From the NCBI RefSeq assembly GCF_001194135.2, contig NC_068983.1, positions 116,899,541-116,963,114 on the forward strand: a stretch of DNA of 63,574 nt, given 5' to 3'. Positions 13,587 through 25,489 of the stretch are shown here, piece by piece. A program made the translations under genes and the position numbers. Under the pieces are notes generated by a model. That model did not search any database. It was not told the DNA's origin and worked only from the letters and a program-made list of their open reading frames with translations. The stretch's first letter is position 1; the number at the start of each line of letters is the position of its first letter. The stretch is from Octopus bimaculoides. Lineage: Eukaryota.

Positions 13587-13794
13587 CTCTGAACTTTCCT
13601 CCTGTTCATTGTTTTTTTGTTTTTTTGCCGTCAACTGAAGACCATCGAGTTTAACATCAATTGCATACGACTGACCTGTTTCTGAAGCCCGGTAAAGTTT
13701 ACGACAGTCGAATCTTTTTTCTGAATAATATATAGTATCAAGAAACTAAAAGTGTTTAGAAGGAAGCAACGAAGACACTATATGTAAATAAACC
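13587..13794. repeat. 208-bp direct repeat, copy 1
   Basis: Matches 14921-15128 with one mismatch seen by eye (TTTCCTCC vs TTTCTTCC). Confidence 0.95.
13676..13720 (-). CDS. Candidate 45-nt symmetric exon (copy 1)
   Basis: TATTATTCAG acceptor and CAG|GTCAGT donor; open as KKDSTVVNFTGLQKQ (phase 0) or xKRFDCRKLYRASET (phase 1). Confidence 0.3.
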
Positions 13795-14920
13795 ATACAG
13801 AGGAACACTCCCTTCCTAACCTTGTAAATTGAGGACGGTGTTGGGTGGTCTTTTCTGATACCTTTTCTTTATCAAACACGTGAGCTCGCAGAGATATAGA
13901 AATACCAGCTAACATTAAATTGAGGCTTACTTCAACCTATGTGCTTGGTATTGTATTTAATCAATATCTGAATGATGGAAGGCGAAATGGATCTCATCTA
14001 GATGAGGACTCAGGTTAGAGCGTATAAGGAGAGAATTGTTCCAAACAAAAGTGAAATAACTTAAATGTTGGGGGACAGGTTTAGACGATTAAATGTACTC
14101 CAAGAATTCACAGATAATTGCTTTTATTGACGATGAAAGGAAGAAAGACACAATTCACATCAGTGGGATATGAACGCAGAACATAAAGTATCAGAATATG
14201 ACACCGTTTTGGCATAACGTGCCTCTTCAGCGAAGTGAAATTATATGGCGGAAAGCAATATTAGATCCATAATACAAAACATAAGAAAATTGTTGTTGTT
14301 TATTTCTTTAAGATCTAGGCCGGCTGTGTTGAGTGTAAATGTAAAAGTTGAGTGATGACAATTATTTCCTTCATCTATTTTCTAAAGATATTAAGCAATG
14401 AATTTGAAATTCGGATATCGTGTTGGACGTCCGTTACTGTATTGTCATTGCAGGAGTCGCTAGAGCGAAATGGAATGGTATCCATCTCTTGACTTTTGGA
14501 CGATTAACTCAACATCTAGCTCTTTGCTGATGATAGTCAAACTAATACCAAGCACGGAACCAGAGGAAACGACAAAGTATATAGCCCAACACTAACATAT
14601 CTGCTATCGAGAGCTGTACTGAGTCTTAACGTCATCTGTACACGGATGAATATTCTAAATCATATCCAAAAGCAAGTTAACCCAATGATTGGCAAGTGCT
14701 CACTCACGAATAGGGCTTCAACGTCTAGCTTACAAATTAGCTGTTTGTTCACTGTACCTTTTTTTATTACTTCTCAAAGTAAGGTACTCGAATATCATCT
14801 CAACCCAATCTTCCCTGTCCATCGGCACACGTCTCTCCACCTCTTATCATCTCAGCATTGTCATAACTTAAAGCCCAACAATAACTACAACAGTCTGCCT
14901 TGCCATCCTAAAAGGCAATC

Positions 14921-15128
14921 CTCTGAACTTTCTTCCTGTTCATTGTTTTTTTGTTTTTTTGCCGTCAACTGAAGACCATCGAGTTTAACATCAATTGCAT
15001 ACGACTGACCTGTTTCTGAAGCCCGGTAAAGTTTACGACAGTCGAATCTTTTTTCTGAATAATATATAGTATCAAGAAACTAAAAGTGTTTAGAAGGAAG
15101 CAACGAAGACACTATATGTAAATAAACC
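14921..15128. repeat. 208-bp direct repeat, copy 2 (contains exon candidate 15010-15054)
   Basis: Offset 1334 bp from copy 1. Confidence 0.95.
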
Positions 15129-16714
15129 TATTTCAAATTTTAGCTGCACTGCAAAACCTCCTCTATGTATTGCATAGTTATAAACACGCTTTTACCACAT
15201 GGCAGTTTAATGTGCGACAGAAAGTTTGAGGGTCTGCAGCATCAGTTTACATAGGGCATATAATCTATTGTAAGCACAATATAGCCTAGAGAAAATAGTT
15301 AAGCATATTTGAGATAATCACGTCTCTAAACATAAAAAAATGACTGAAAATCACAGTAAAATTTTAAAAGTAACAGTACATTTTTATTGCAGCAAATATT
15401 GAATATATTGAATATATTGCTTTGCAGCCAAAACGTTAATTGTATTGAAAAGGCAGAGCTGTAGGCTAAAGCAGGCGAACAAATATCATATAACAAAGAA
15501 ACATATAATTGCATTTTATGTTTGTGATGGATGATATCATCAATAAATTCATTAATAAGTAATTGTTATAAAGCACACAAATCATTTAACCACCTAAGGA
15601 GCTGTCTAAGGAGATATCAAACTTTAGAAATTACAGGGAAACAATTGTATGTAGTCGTTAAAATAGTAATAGGTCAAATTTCGATAGTTCAGTATCAATA
15701 GTTCCATATATTTTATGTGACAATTAAGACAAGAAATTTTTTTTTTTTAAATATTGTTTGTATCTCTGTTGGTATATTGTCGTTGCAGAAATTGCCAAAC
15801 GATTTGAGGGAAGGGTTTTCCTCTCTTCATTTGTAGACGATTAACTCGACCTCCAGGACATGGTTGATAGTGCTCAACTTAATACAAAGCCCAAGAAGAT
15901 ATATAGTCTAGAAAATATTCTAATTGTCTCCAAGCGTATGAAACAACATTCATGTATAGAATAAAGAGCTAGCATTTATTCACATTCAACACATTTCTTG
16001 ATACTTTATGATTTGCTTACATAACCATTTTCCCAATATGTTTATTCTGATGTACAATTAAAAATGCTTGTAGAATAAAATAACATTTATAAAACCTCAT
16101 CAAAACTAAATATGTTTCTCACGAGGTATAAATGAATCTTTTCGTGATCGGTCGATCTGCTAGACATAAAAGCCAAATCTTCATGAAATGATCGACAGTC
16201 CTTAAGCAGAGTTATAAACATTTAATTCTTAACAGTACAGCTAATTTTATGCCAATTATTAAACGCTGGTTTAAGCTACCGTTTTATTAATTTGGACGAC
16301 ATAAATAATTAATGTCACGAAGAATTTTGTTAGTTTGATATTAACACAAAGGTCAAAGATACTGTTGGTTCCAGTTATTTAAATTGAAAAAGAAAACGCA
16401 AAACATTTGAAGCATTAAAAATTAACAGACGATCAGCATCTTTATTTTTAAACAAATCGAATCATTTGAATGAAATTAAATTCATTTGAATGACATTAAA
16501 CAAATAATTGAAAACTAAACTGATTATTAATCATGAGGAATGCCTCAGTGTGGCTGCAGTTCAATGAATGAAACAACTAAAAGAGAAATATGTTTCATGA
16601 GACAACATCCCGTAAGATATGTATGTATCTGTCGTAAGAAACTCTCAAGTGAGCTCAACAGCAGGACTTTAAAGAAGAATACCCAGGTAAGTGTTTCGGC
16701 TCTTAACTTCTTAC

Positions 16715-16869
16715 ACTCTAAGGGGGCCGGGCCGCATCCAGGTCATAACATTTGAATGTCCTTCTGCTGACACTTTTTAGCCATTTGGGTATCCAAGACT
16801 TGCGTTTACTCTGCATGGAGAGTTCATCAATTCGGAACTCCTCTTCCTCAACTTTAAAAATTGCATATC
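16715..16869 (-). CDS. Candidate last coding exon (GYAIFKVEEEEFRIDELSMQSKRKSWIPKWLKSVSRRTFKCYDLDAARPP*)
   Basis: Acceptor TTCTGTCTTGTTAG, phase-1 frame open to TAG at 16718-16720, donor GTAAGA 3 nt later; raised GC. Confidence 0.35.
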
Positions 16870-17399
16870 CTAACAAGACAGAACTATATCTATAACTATT
16901 TCATGTTGCTGTGAAATTAATTCTACAAAGGCAGCTTTCAAAGCCTGCGACGAGAATCAACTTGTTTGATTTTGGTCGTACTTTATTATTCATGAGGATG
17001 TGCTCATCTTGGTTTCTTAACATGTAGTGCAAGTCAAAAACTCATGGATATTTACTTTTGTTCCATTAGAAATACGGATGCATACATATATACATACATA
17101 CATCTGTGTATACTTGGACTGTGGGTTTCGTTAAATATGATTGATATGCATCAATATATGTGAGAAAATATTCAAAGAAAATTGAAAAACTATACTCAAC
17201 TGAAATCTAACTTGATATCGTTTATTCGGATTCCATTTAAATAAGAAATGCAGACGTGTGTAAGGGAAATATATTGTGGCATAATGGCTTCTTTTATCGT
17301 ATCACATTTACAAAGAAACGAGATGTAACAAAACTGTATTAGCCAACATTGATATGGTCGAATTATCAAATCTGGAATACTCTGAAGAAAGACCTTTCG

Positions 17400-18992
17400 A
17401 AATATGCCTCGGACTGGTGATGAAGCAAATCATATAACTGGCCCGAGGCAAGGTTCAAATCAACAGAGAAGGCTCGGGAGTTCTCGACTCGAACCTTGTA
17501 AAACGAGCAAATGGCACTTCTGCTATTGTATTTGGATGCAAGTTTCGGGCAAAAGTGCGTGCACTGGGCCGGGAGAGTATCAACGCTGCCGGGTGAACTC
17601 GCACGACAGAAACCCTATGTAGCATTGATGCTACGATAAGGTCTTTAGTGGATGAGCATGGACGTTCGATCCAAGGACAGGAGGATATATGTGAGGGCTT
17701 TTACAAGCGCTTCGCCGCTCCAGGTTTTCTCTACCTGGAGATCTGGCCCAAACCAAACTCCGAGCAGTTTAACCGGAATCCCCATCCAACGTCCTATGAC
17801 GCTGTTGGGAGGCATCGTCTTGCCTCTCCAGGTGTCGATTTGCAAGCCGACTGATTTTTCCTGGTCTGGTTAACTTTTGCTCCTGCCACCGTTTCTTTTG
17901 ACGGCATCTTCTACACGAGGTAGCTGCCCTTCATCAGACACAATGATGGGGACATCATCTGCGTACGCTGTCACTCCTCTCCCGTAACACAAATCACGCG
18001 GATGCCCCCCCCCCCGCAACCCCCAACCTCAAGATCCAATACACACAGAAACAGGGACACAAGTCGACCCTAGCGAATTGAACCCTCGATCGCGAACGGC
18101 TTCGAGAAGAAACTGTTCAACCGGACAACGGACTCGATGTCACTGCACATAGCACTGATCCAACCACAGAAGGTCGGGCCCAGTCCGACCACCCGGAGGA
18201 CCGCTGCCAGATACCGATGGTCAACCATATTGAAGGCCTTATACTAGTTCAAATCCACCAGTGCCCCATCCTTACAAGGAACTTTACTAACCCGCTCTAT
18301 GGTATAGCGGATGAGATGAAGATTGTCGTATATCGTACTTCCTGGGATAGAGCCGGGCGCTGGACCATGGGAATGCCCTTCGGGATTTCCTGGCCGGCGG
18401 CCCGCGTATCTCGGTGCGAGAGGCTGAGCGCTGTGAAAAGCCGATCACAGCTGCGGAGGTTATAGAGGTGCTTTCTGAGTGTCCCGGGACAAGTCACCGA
18501 GATTGGATGGTCTATCGTACGAATTTTATAAAAGTATGCCAGACTTGTTCGGAGACATAATGGCCGGTGTCTCTGCAAACTGGCAGTAGAATGGAAGAAT
18601 TCCCAAACCTGTAAGCCGGAGAGTAGTGAAACTGATCAGGAAGTACCCGAGAAAGATGGATGTCTGTAGTAAAGATGCTGCAAGCAAATGGGACCGAGCA
18701 AGTGTAGCCGGTCAAAGGCGAATAGAAGGAAAAAAAAAGAAAAACAAAAATTATCGAAATAAAAAAGGAACCGGCGGATTAATTATTAGAACCTCAAATT
18801 TTATTTCATACAGAACTCTCTATAAATATTTAATTTTTAAATCCATATCATTCGATTTTATGATTCGATTTCATTGTAATAATATTATTTTTTTAAGTAT
18901 CACATTGTAACACGGATTATACGTTGTAAGTGTCCTTGTATGTCCCCCTCTGTGTAATCCCCGTGTGGGATAATAAAGAAAATGTTACAATC
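17400..18992 (+). mobile_element. Tx1/L1-clade non-LTR retrotransposon, 5'-truncated and internally rearranged (unit 1)
   Basis: + strand IRSLVDEHGRSIQGQEDICEGFYKRFA and PRISVREAERCEKPIT..GLDGLSYEFYK; - strand RT motifs IPGSTIYDNLHL, KAFNMVDHRYL, AYADDV, VKLLGVWFGPDL; 3' UTR ending AATAAAGAAA. Confidence 0.85.
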
Positions 18993-20171
18993 TTCTCCGA
19001 GAGCGTTTGGTCGTCTTTGTCAAATCACTTGTGATTCAGTGGCTTTTTTGATTGTTTGATATTTTGCTGAGGGTTTTCTCGCGTGAGACTATCCATTGTT
19101 GAAACTAGTGTTGAAATTGTTATATATAGCCTGTTTGGCAGTTTTGTTTGTTGTGTCTTTTCGCCCATTTTCGGGCGAAAATTAGTTTTCATCTCATTAT
19201 GGAGGTGGGCGCCACACCAAGCTGTGTGGCTGCAGCAGGAGCAGGGGAAAATGTTGCTGCCTCATTAGAGGTGAAGACACTACAGATAGATTAACCAGGA
19301 GATGCTGGATGCATGTCAAAAGGTCATCCTGAATGACGGGACGGCGTTGAAGGTGTTCCCTCCTGAAGGAAGCGTAGAACAGAAAAGCAAAAGTACCGTG
19401 GTCTACAGGACGCAATCAACCTCATCACGGAGGATAGAAGTAACGACTGAGAGAGACATAGAGAGTTGCTTGCTACCGGTAATAGAGGAGGCAACCTTCA
19501 TTAACAGAGGAAAGAAGTTCGGCACGGTAAAGGTGCGGTTCACCACCGAAGAGGAGGCAGTGAAGCACTACACGACAGCATTAAGCTCGGCAGACTTGAC
19601 ACTTCTGCTGATTTACATGAGAAGAAGAAATACGAGAAGAAGGATCGAAAGGATCCCACCAGAAATAAAAGAAGTGTGGTTGGTGGCAGCCATTATAGCT
19701 TCCACCCAGGAAGATGCAAATCTAATACATATAGGAAGAACACAACAGATGAATTGCTGAGGATATGGCCTGGAAATCTTGCTCCAGGCCACCCACCATG
19801 ACATCAAAGAATTGCTATTCAAGATTAAAATTTCGGAGGAAAATACGCTGAAGGTAGTAGTGGAGGGAAGGAGTCCCAACCATTACCAATGTGGACGCAG
19901 AGGACACATAAAGATCCACTGCCTCGACTACAAGTCTCCCCAAACCGAGAGGACTTTAAAACAAAGAAGTGTTTTAGATAAACTATGAAAGAAAAATGTA
20001 TGAAATGTAACTGCTCGAGAACGGGGCTCGACTAGCCATCGCATCCCCACATCTATAAATCAGCATCTCATTTATCCATTCGTTTTTTTTTTCCGCTGCA
20101 TGTTTTATCTGTCCTTGTTTTGTCCCCTCTATGTTGGGCCCTTAGTGGCGAATGAAGAAAATGTTACAATC
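18993..20171 (+). mobile_element. Tx1-like ORF1(gag)-only element (unit 2), degenerate
   Basis: ATG at 19198; frameshifted ORF1 with RRM-like GTVKVRFTTEEEA and CCHC remnant YQCGRRGHIKIHC; no ORF2; 3' end homologous to unit 1. Confidence 0.8.
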
Positions 20172-21793
20172 ATCTTCTGAGTTAGTGTGATTTTGTTTGA
20201 AGGCTTTTGCTTACTGTTACGTTCTTTGGAATACTGTTGCTTGTTAAATCTGTTGCTGTTATTGAATTTTGTCGCTGTTGGATTATTGTTACTGTTTTGC
20301 CTTCAGGACTGTGTTTTTTATTTGATTTTGTTTTCCCCATTTTGGGGTAAAAAGTATTGGAAAAAAATGGAGTGTTCGCCAGAACAGGTTCATGCCGGGA
20401 GCTATGCATCAGAGGTAGGAAGTCGCGCTACCAACTCAACGAATGTGCTGGATGTGCGAGAGGTAGAAATCGACCTAGCGAAGCTGGAAAGTCAAAAGGA
20501 GCTACTCCAAACGGAAGAGGCAAGTTTAAGGTTGACCCCTCCAGAGGAAGTGACCAACAATACTAGGAGGACACTATTCTACAGAACGCTGTCCTTAACT
20601 AGTAAGAAGATAGAAATGGCAGCGAAAGAGGCCATCGAAAATGCTTGGAAAGTGTCAAAAATGTAGCAACGTGCTACACCAGAAGAAGGTATGGCACAGT
20701 GGAGGTGAGGTTTGCCACTGAAGAAGAGGCAATAAATCACTCCACTATGCCTCTAAGGTTGCAAGAATGAGTACTCCTGCCGATCTACTGCGGTAAAGGA
20801 GTCGCAAGGATTACAATAGGCAGGGTGCCGCCTCAAATTGAGGAGGGGTGACTGGTGGAAGCCATGGATACGAAACGAAGGATGCTAAAATCTTGCAGGT
20901 AACAAGAACCAAGAAACTGAATTGTTGGGTTACGGCCTGGAAATGGTAATCCAAGCCTCCCAAGACAACTTAAATGAAATAACGGATGAGGTGATACTTC
21001 CAGAAGACAGAAAACTGTGAGTGGTAGTAGAGGGTCGACCGCCCACCTGCTACCACTGCGGAGAAAAGGGGCACATCAAAATAAAGTGCTTCCAGTTGAA
21101 CAACAAAGTGATGGAAAACAGGAGTGAAGTAAGGAGGAGTGCAGAGATGACGGCCCAGGCCCAGGAAGAAAGCACGGAGGACGCAGACGAGGGAGGAGGA
21201 GTTCATCGAGGTTGCAAGAAGAAAGAGAGATGGAGAAGCGGGTTCGCCCCCGAAACTAATAAAAAGAAGTGGAAGGAAAAGAGCAATGCAGAGGATGAGG
21301 TCTAGAAAATATTAGAGTTACTCACACAACACAAATCACCACCAGAAACACCACAAAAAAGTGAACCCGTCCTAGGTAGCCCCAGCTCACTAGATAGAGA
21401 AACAGCCACATATGCAGACAGGTACAATACATAACCCCTCAAAACCCCCAGAAAACACAAGTTATACACAATGACATACACAAAACAACGAAAATTGAAA
21501 AAAATGAATTTGCCACTTTACAAAGCGTACAAACTTTTACTAGTCCTGATATCAGTGACGTTCCCACCCACATACATTTTATCTACATCAATAAGGACAA
21601 GCACAAACGTTTAAAAAAAATCATTTCCAGAGGAGGTTGGCTCTCTAAGAAAAAAACCTTTCGACGGTACTGTATAATAGACTCATCAATGTGTCCCCAC
21701 AGACCACGGATGATGAGGAGAGTTAACCCTCCTCCAATAAGTGTAAGACCGTTTTTTTGGCTTCCCTAAATGTAGGGTGAATAAATGTACGCG
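20172..21793 (+). mobile_element. Tx1-like element, ORF1 plus first codons of ORF2 (unit 3)
   Basis: ATG at 20367; GTVEVRFATEEEA and CYHCGEKGHIKIKC; ends at NVG*INVRG, resembling the start of an APE endonuclease. Confidence 0.8.
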
Positions 21794-21892
21794 GCCGACC
21801 TTAATGCTGTCGTGTAGTGCTTCACTGCCTCCTCTTCGGTGGTGAACCGCACCTTTACCGTGCCGAACTTCTTTCCTCTGTTAACGAAGGTT
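21794..21892 (-). repeat. Inverted copy of unit 2 ORF1 (19493-19591)
   Basis: Reverse complement matches 97/99 nt by manual comparison. Confidence 0.95.
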
Positions 21893-21909
21893 AACCAGAC
21901 CAGGAAAAA

Positions 21910-22016
21910 GGTTAACGAAAGGATGAAAGGTGAATTGGAACTCAGAACGTAAAGATAGGCGAAATACCGATAAACATTTCAACCGACGTGCTAACGTTTC
22001 TGCCAGCTCTTCACCT
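21910..22016 (-). mobile_element. SINE family A fragment
   Basis: GGATGAAAGG..GAACTCAGAACGTAAAG..GCTAACGTTTCTGCCAGCTC. Confidence 0.75.
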
Positions 22017-23469
22017 TCCTGATATTAATAATTGAAAAAAGATATTGTACATTCACCTATATGATATATTCTCGCCGCAAATGCTGATTAAAAGTAACAA
22101 GACAAAACGGGACTTTTAGCCGCTGTTTAAGTATTTAAATAATGTGTTTGAATAAAATTAACTCGTGTAATTGCTTCACAATTAGCTCCAGTGAATAATA
22201 TATTTTGTAAATGCCTGCATGCATTTATAAAACCAAATTCAGATGACTTCACTAAGCGTAATTTCTAATTATAAAAATATTATTCGCACTCTTAAAGAAA
22301 ATACAGCGATTTTATGGCCGATGGCATGGCTATATAATAAAAAATTTGTTTCGGAATCACGAGGTAATAGAATCGATATAATTGCGTGACATCTTAGGCA
22401 TGAAACTTTTAGTATGTATATGGGTGGGTTTATCTTTTGTGTGTAAACACTGGCAAAGCACCAGTGTCTTTCGAAAGAAGTTGTTTACAAGTATAAAATC
22501 TTTGCACTGAAATACAGTCTGTTGTCCGTTACTCTGACTGCGAAACACGTAATGGTTCAGCGATCAGCTTGTTTGAAACCTGTAAGCAATGACATCATTT
22601 TCAACATTGTAATTTAAAGGTATTAAATCACGTTAGGTATGTAACATTCTTTTTTGTTTTAAAATAGATGTTTTGAGAAATTTGACTTCCTTAACATGTA
22701 CATTTATTATAAAGAAATTAATTTGCTAAATCCTAGCAGGTAAATATCAAAGTGGTAGATGAAGGAGAATAGTTTGGTATAAAATTTAATCCATAAATCA
22801 GTTTCTTTCCTTTAAGAAATAGCTTCTGTGCTTTTTCAGTACATAGAATAATTTGTAAATTTCATGGTATTCATTAGGCTACGAATAGCGTAAATAAGGC
22901 AACCTTTTTCAAACAGACTTCGGAGCTGCCTTATGGATGAAAAAATTTGTACTCATAAAGCATTCTGAATAACGGAAATACTATCCACTGAGAATCGGAA
23001 CTCCATTTCAGGTTAAGAAGAAACTCAATTTTGAGAATGAAAGAAAGAAATCCTCTTTCTACCACAATGCTTGTTACATAATCGGTTTATTTACGTTACA
23101 AAACTGATTAGCTATAATATATGAATGGTTGATTTTTTTATTAACTCCGAAGACATGAAAGAAGGACACAATTCCGTCCATAATAAAGATATCGAGATTT
23201 AAAAATGATATGGATGATAAAATCATTTAAAACTGTGAAGATGGTTTCGAAACTTCACCGCAGTCACATTACTTATACCAGTATAAGAATAGCAAAATAG
23301 AGAAGAAAATAAATCTTACTAAATTGAATTTAATTCAAAATTTTATTGCATTTGCTCACATTTACTATTGAAGTACATTGTAATCATTAATATCATTAAA
23401 AACCATTAATATCTGTCTACAAATTTGATGGTTTGTACATCAACTGATGAAGAACTCGTGTCTTGTGTA

Positions 23470-23511
23470 TCATCATTGTCGTCATCATCATCATCAGCAT
23501 CATTATCATCA

Positions 23512-23550
<39 letters not shown>

Positions 23551-23558
23551 TATTATTA

Positions 23559-23592
<34 letters not shown>
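23470..23592. repeat. (ATC)n/(ATT)n microsatellite
   Basis: Direct reading. Confidence 0.95.
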
Positions 23593-23593
<1 letters not shown>

Positions 23594-24570
23594 CCGCTTT
23601 AGCGAAGGCGAACGTATTATTTTCAATCGCGTTTGTTTGTGTGTCCATAGACAAGGTATCTTAAGGTCAGCTAGATGGATTCGGATGAAACTTTCAGGGC
23701 GCTTGACCGCATGACGGCACGAACTGATTAGATTTGGGGATCGATCCGGTACGGGTAAGGATTCTGGATTATTTGTTATATTTAGTTTATTTTAAATGAT
23801 CACAATCTTACGTTCACTTTCAAGTCTTTTTCTGGTTATCGTCCTTGAAAACACTCTCATGGTTTCCACATAATATATGTTGGCGTTGCTGTTTCCAAAG
23901 TTTTATTTTCGTTTCTCTGCTATTAATTTTATTCGTGTCTCTATTTTAGTAGAAACTGATGGATAAAGAAATCAAACTACGCAAACAAACGGCAGCAAAA
24001 CTGTTCAGAAATCGAATAACACTAACATATTCAGTAACAATAATAAATTTAGTTTATCCTCGACAATTTTCAGTTTGAATACATCGCTCTTGCTTAAAAC
24101 CTCTTACCTACTTGAAGACAGCATTTCTAGCTCTGCTTTGAAGAAAGCTTTACTTCTTGGACTCACGTTTTTGTGCCCAACAGATCCTTATGCAGGTCCT
24201 TTCGGTTTTTTTTCACTGTAGACCTTAGTGGTCGTAAAGACACTATATCGGTGAATAGAGTAAAAAAAAAGGCCTTCATAGAGAAAACTGTCCCTGTTCC
24301 CACTGCAGATAGCACACACACAGCATTACAAACATAGCCCGCACATCCACCTTCATATTCCATGACTACCACTGGGATCGATCAGGTACCGGATTATTTT
24401 TACATTTTTTTAAAACTTAATTTTTGAGAGCGGTCGGGTTCATTTTTAGTAGTCTCGTTTGTGAGAGTAGTCGAGTTTATTTCAGATATTTTCATTTTAG
24501 AAATCATCTTCGGCTAATCATTGAGGAGACGTTGGTGTTGATTTGGCGGATGTTTGCGCTCTCTGAGTGC
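23593..24570 (+). mobile_element. Non-autonomous Helentron/DINE-like element
   Basis: Starts CCGCTTTAGCGAAGGCG, has GTTTGTTTGT micro-repeat, GGATGGATTCGGATGAAACTT-type block, two GGGATCGATCnGGTAC motifs, and ends TTTGGCGGATGTTTGCGCTCTCTGAGTGC; family assignment from recalled structure. Confidence 0.55.
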
Positions 24571-24599
24571 TCTTCTTCTTCTTCTTCTTCTTCTTCTTC

Positions 24600-24698
<99 letters not shown>

Positions 24699-24700
24699 TT
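24571..24700. repeat. Compound (TCT)n(TGT)n(GCT)n microsatellite
   Basis: Direct reading. Confidence 0.95.
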
Positions 24701-25489
24701 GTTTTTTAAAGTGGAAATACGCATTTAGAAACTGTTAGATTAAGGAAATTATAAATATTTTCCTTTCATAATACAGATGATGTTTTTTTCTGAATTTGCA
24801 GTTACTGATTATTTAGAAACCGATCACATTCATCTAAGAAGATAAAATTAGATTCTATCAAAAATTATCCAAAACTATATTATAAAAGCTAAAAGTAAAA
24901 TAGTTTAAAGAAATAATTTTGAGTTTGTAAGCAACCAAAATCTTTTAAGAATATATTTATAAATTTGAGTTAAATCAAAATTAAAAAAATTAAAATGTCA
25001 TGCAAAATATTTCTGTATTTAGATTCCCAATAATGGTTACGTTCGTGATCTTATATCATTATCATATCAATCCACAAATAAGGAAAACAAATTGGAATTT
25101 TTATGTATATATTACAGATTTCTGTATATTGTATGTATTATGTCATAAGGTTCTTTAGATCGATGTTCATTAATTGATTAATTGAACTAATATGATATTT
25201 CTTAGGTGTAAGACAAACAAGAGAGTCGTAGCCAAAATAAGAACTGATAAATGTGATTAGAAGGTATAAGTCACTCGATAAGCTTTAATGATTAATTCTT
25301 AAAATGCAACAACATATCTCTTACAGTAACAAGAGTTTGTATTTACGCAGACTTTCTAATATAGATAAAAAGTTTCTAAGATTAAACGAAATTTGCAAAT
25401 CACCTTCAACAATGCAGGTGAGGAGTTAAGCAATATACAACAATGTATTACGTTACATAAGTAGTTTAGTTAGTCCACATTACTCCGTA

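Noticed and set aside
16635-16686. Plus-strand CAG|GTAAGT donor
   Set aside because: No good acceptor or frame upstream; conflicts with the better minus-strand candidate next to it
17717-18350. Classical twin-priming 5' inversion as the explanation
   Set aside because: Segment order and converging orientation do not fit the single-inversion model
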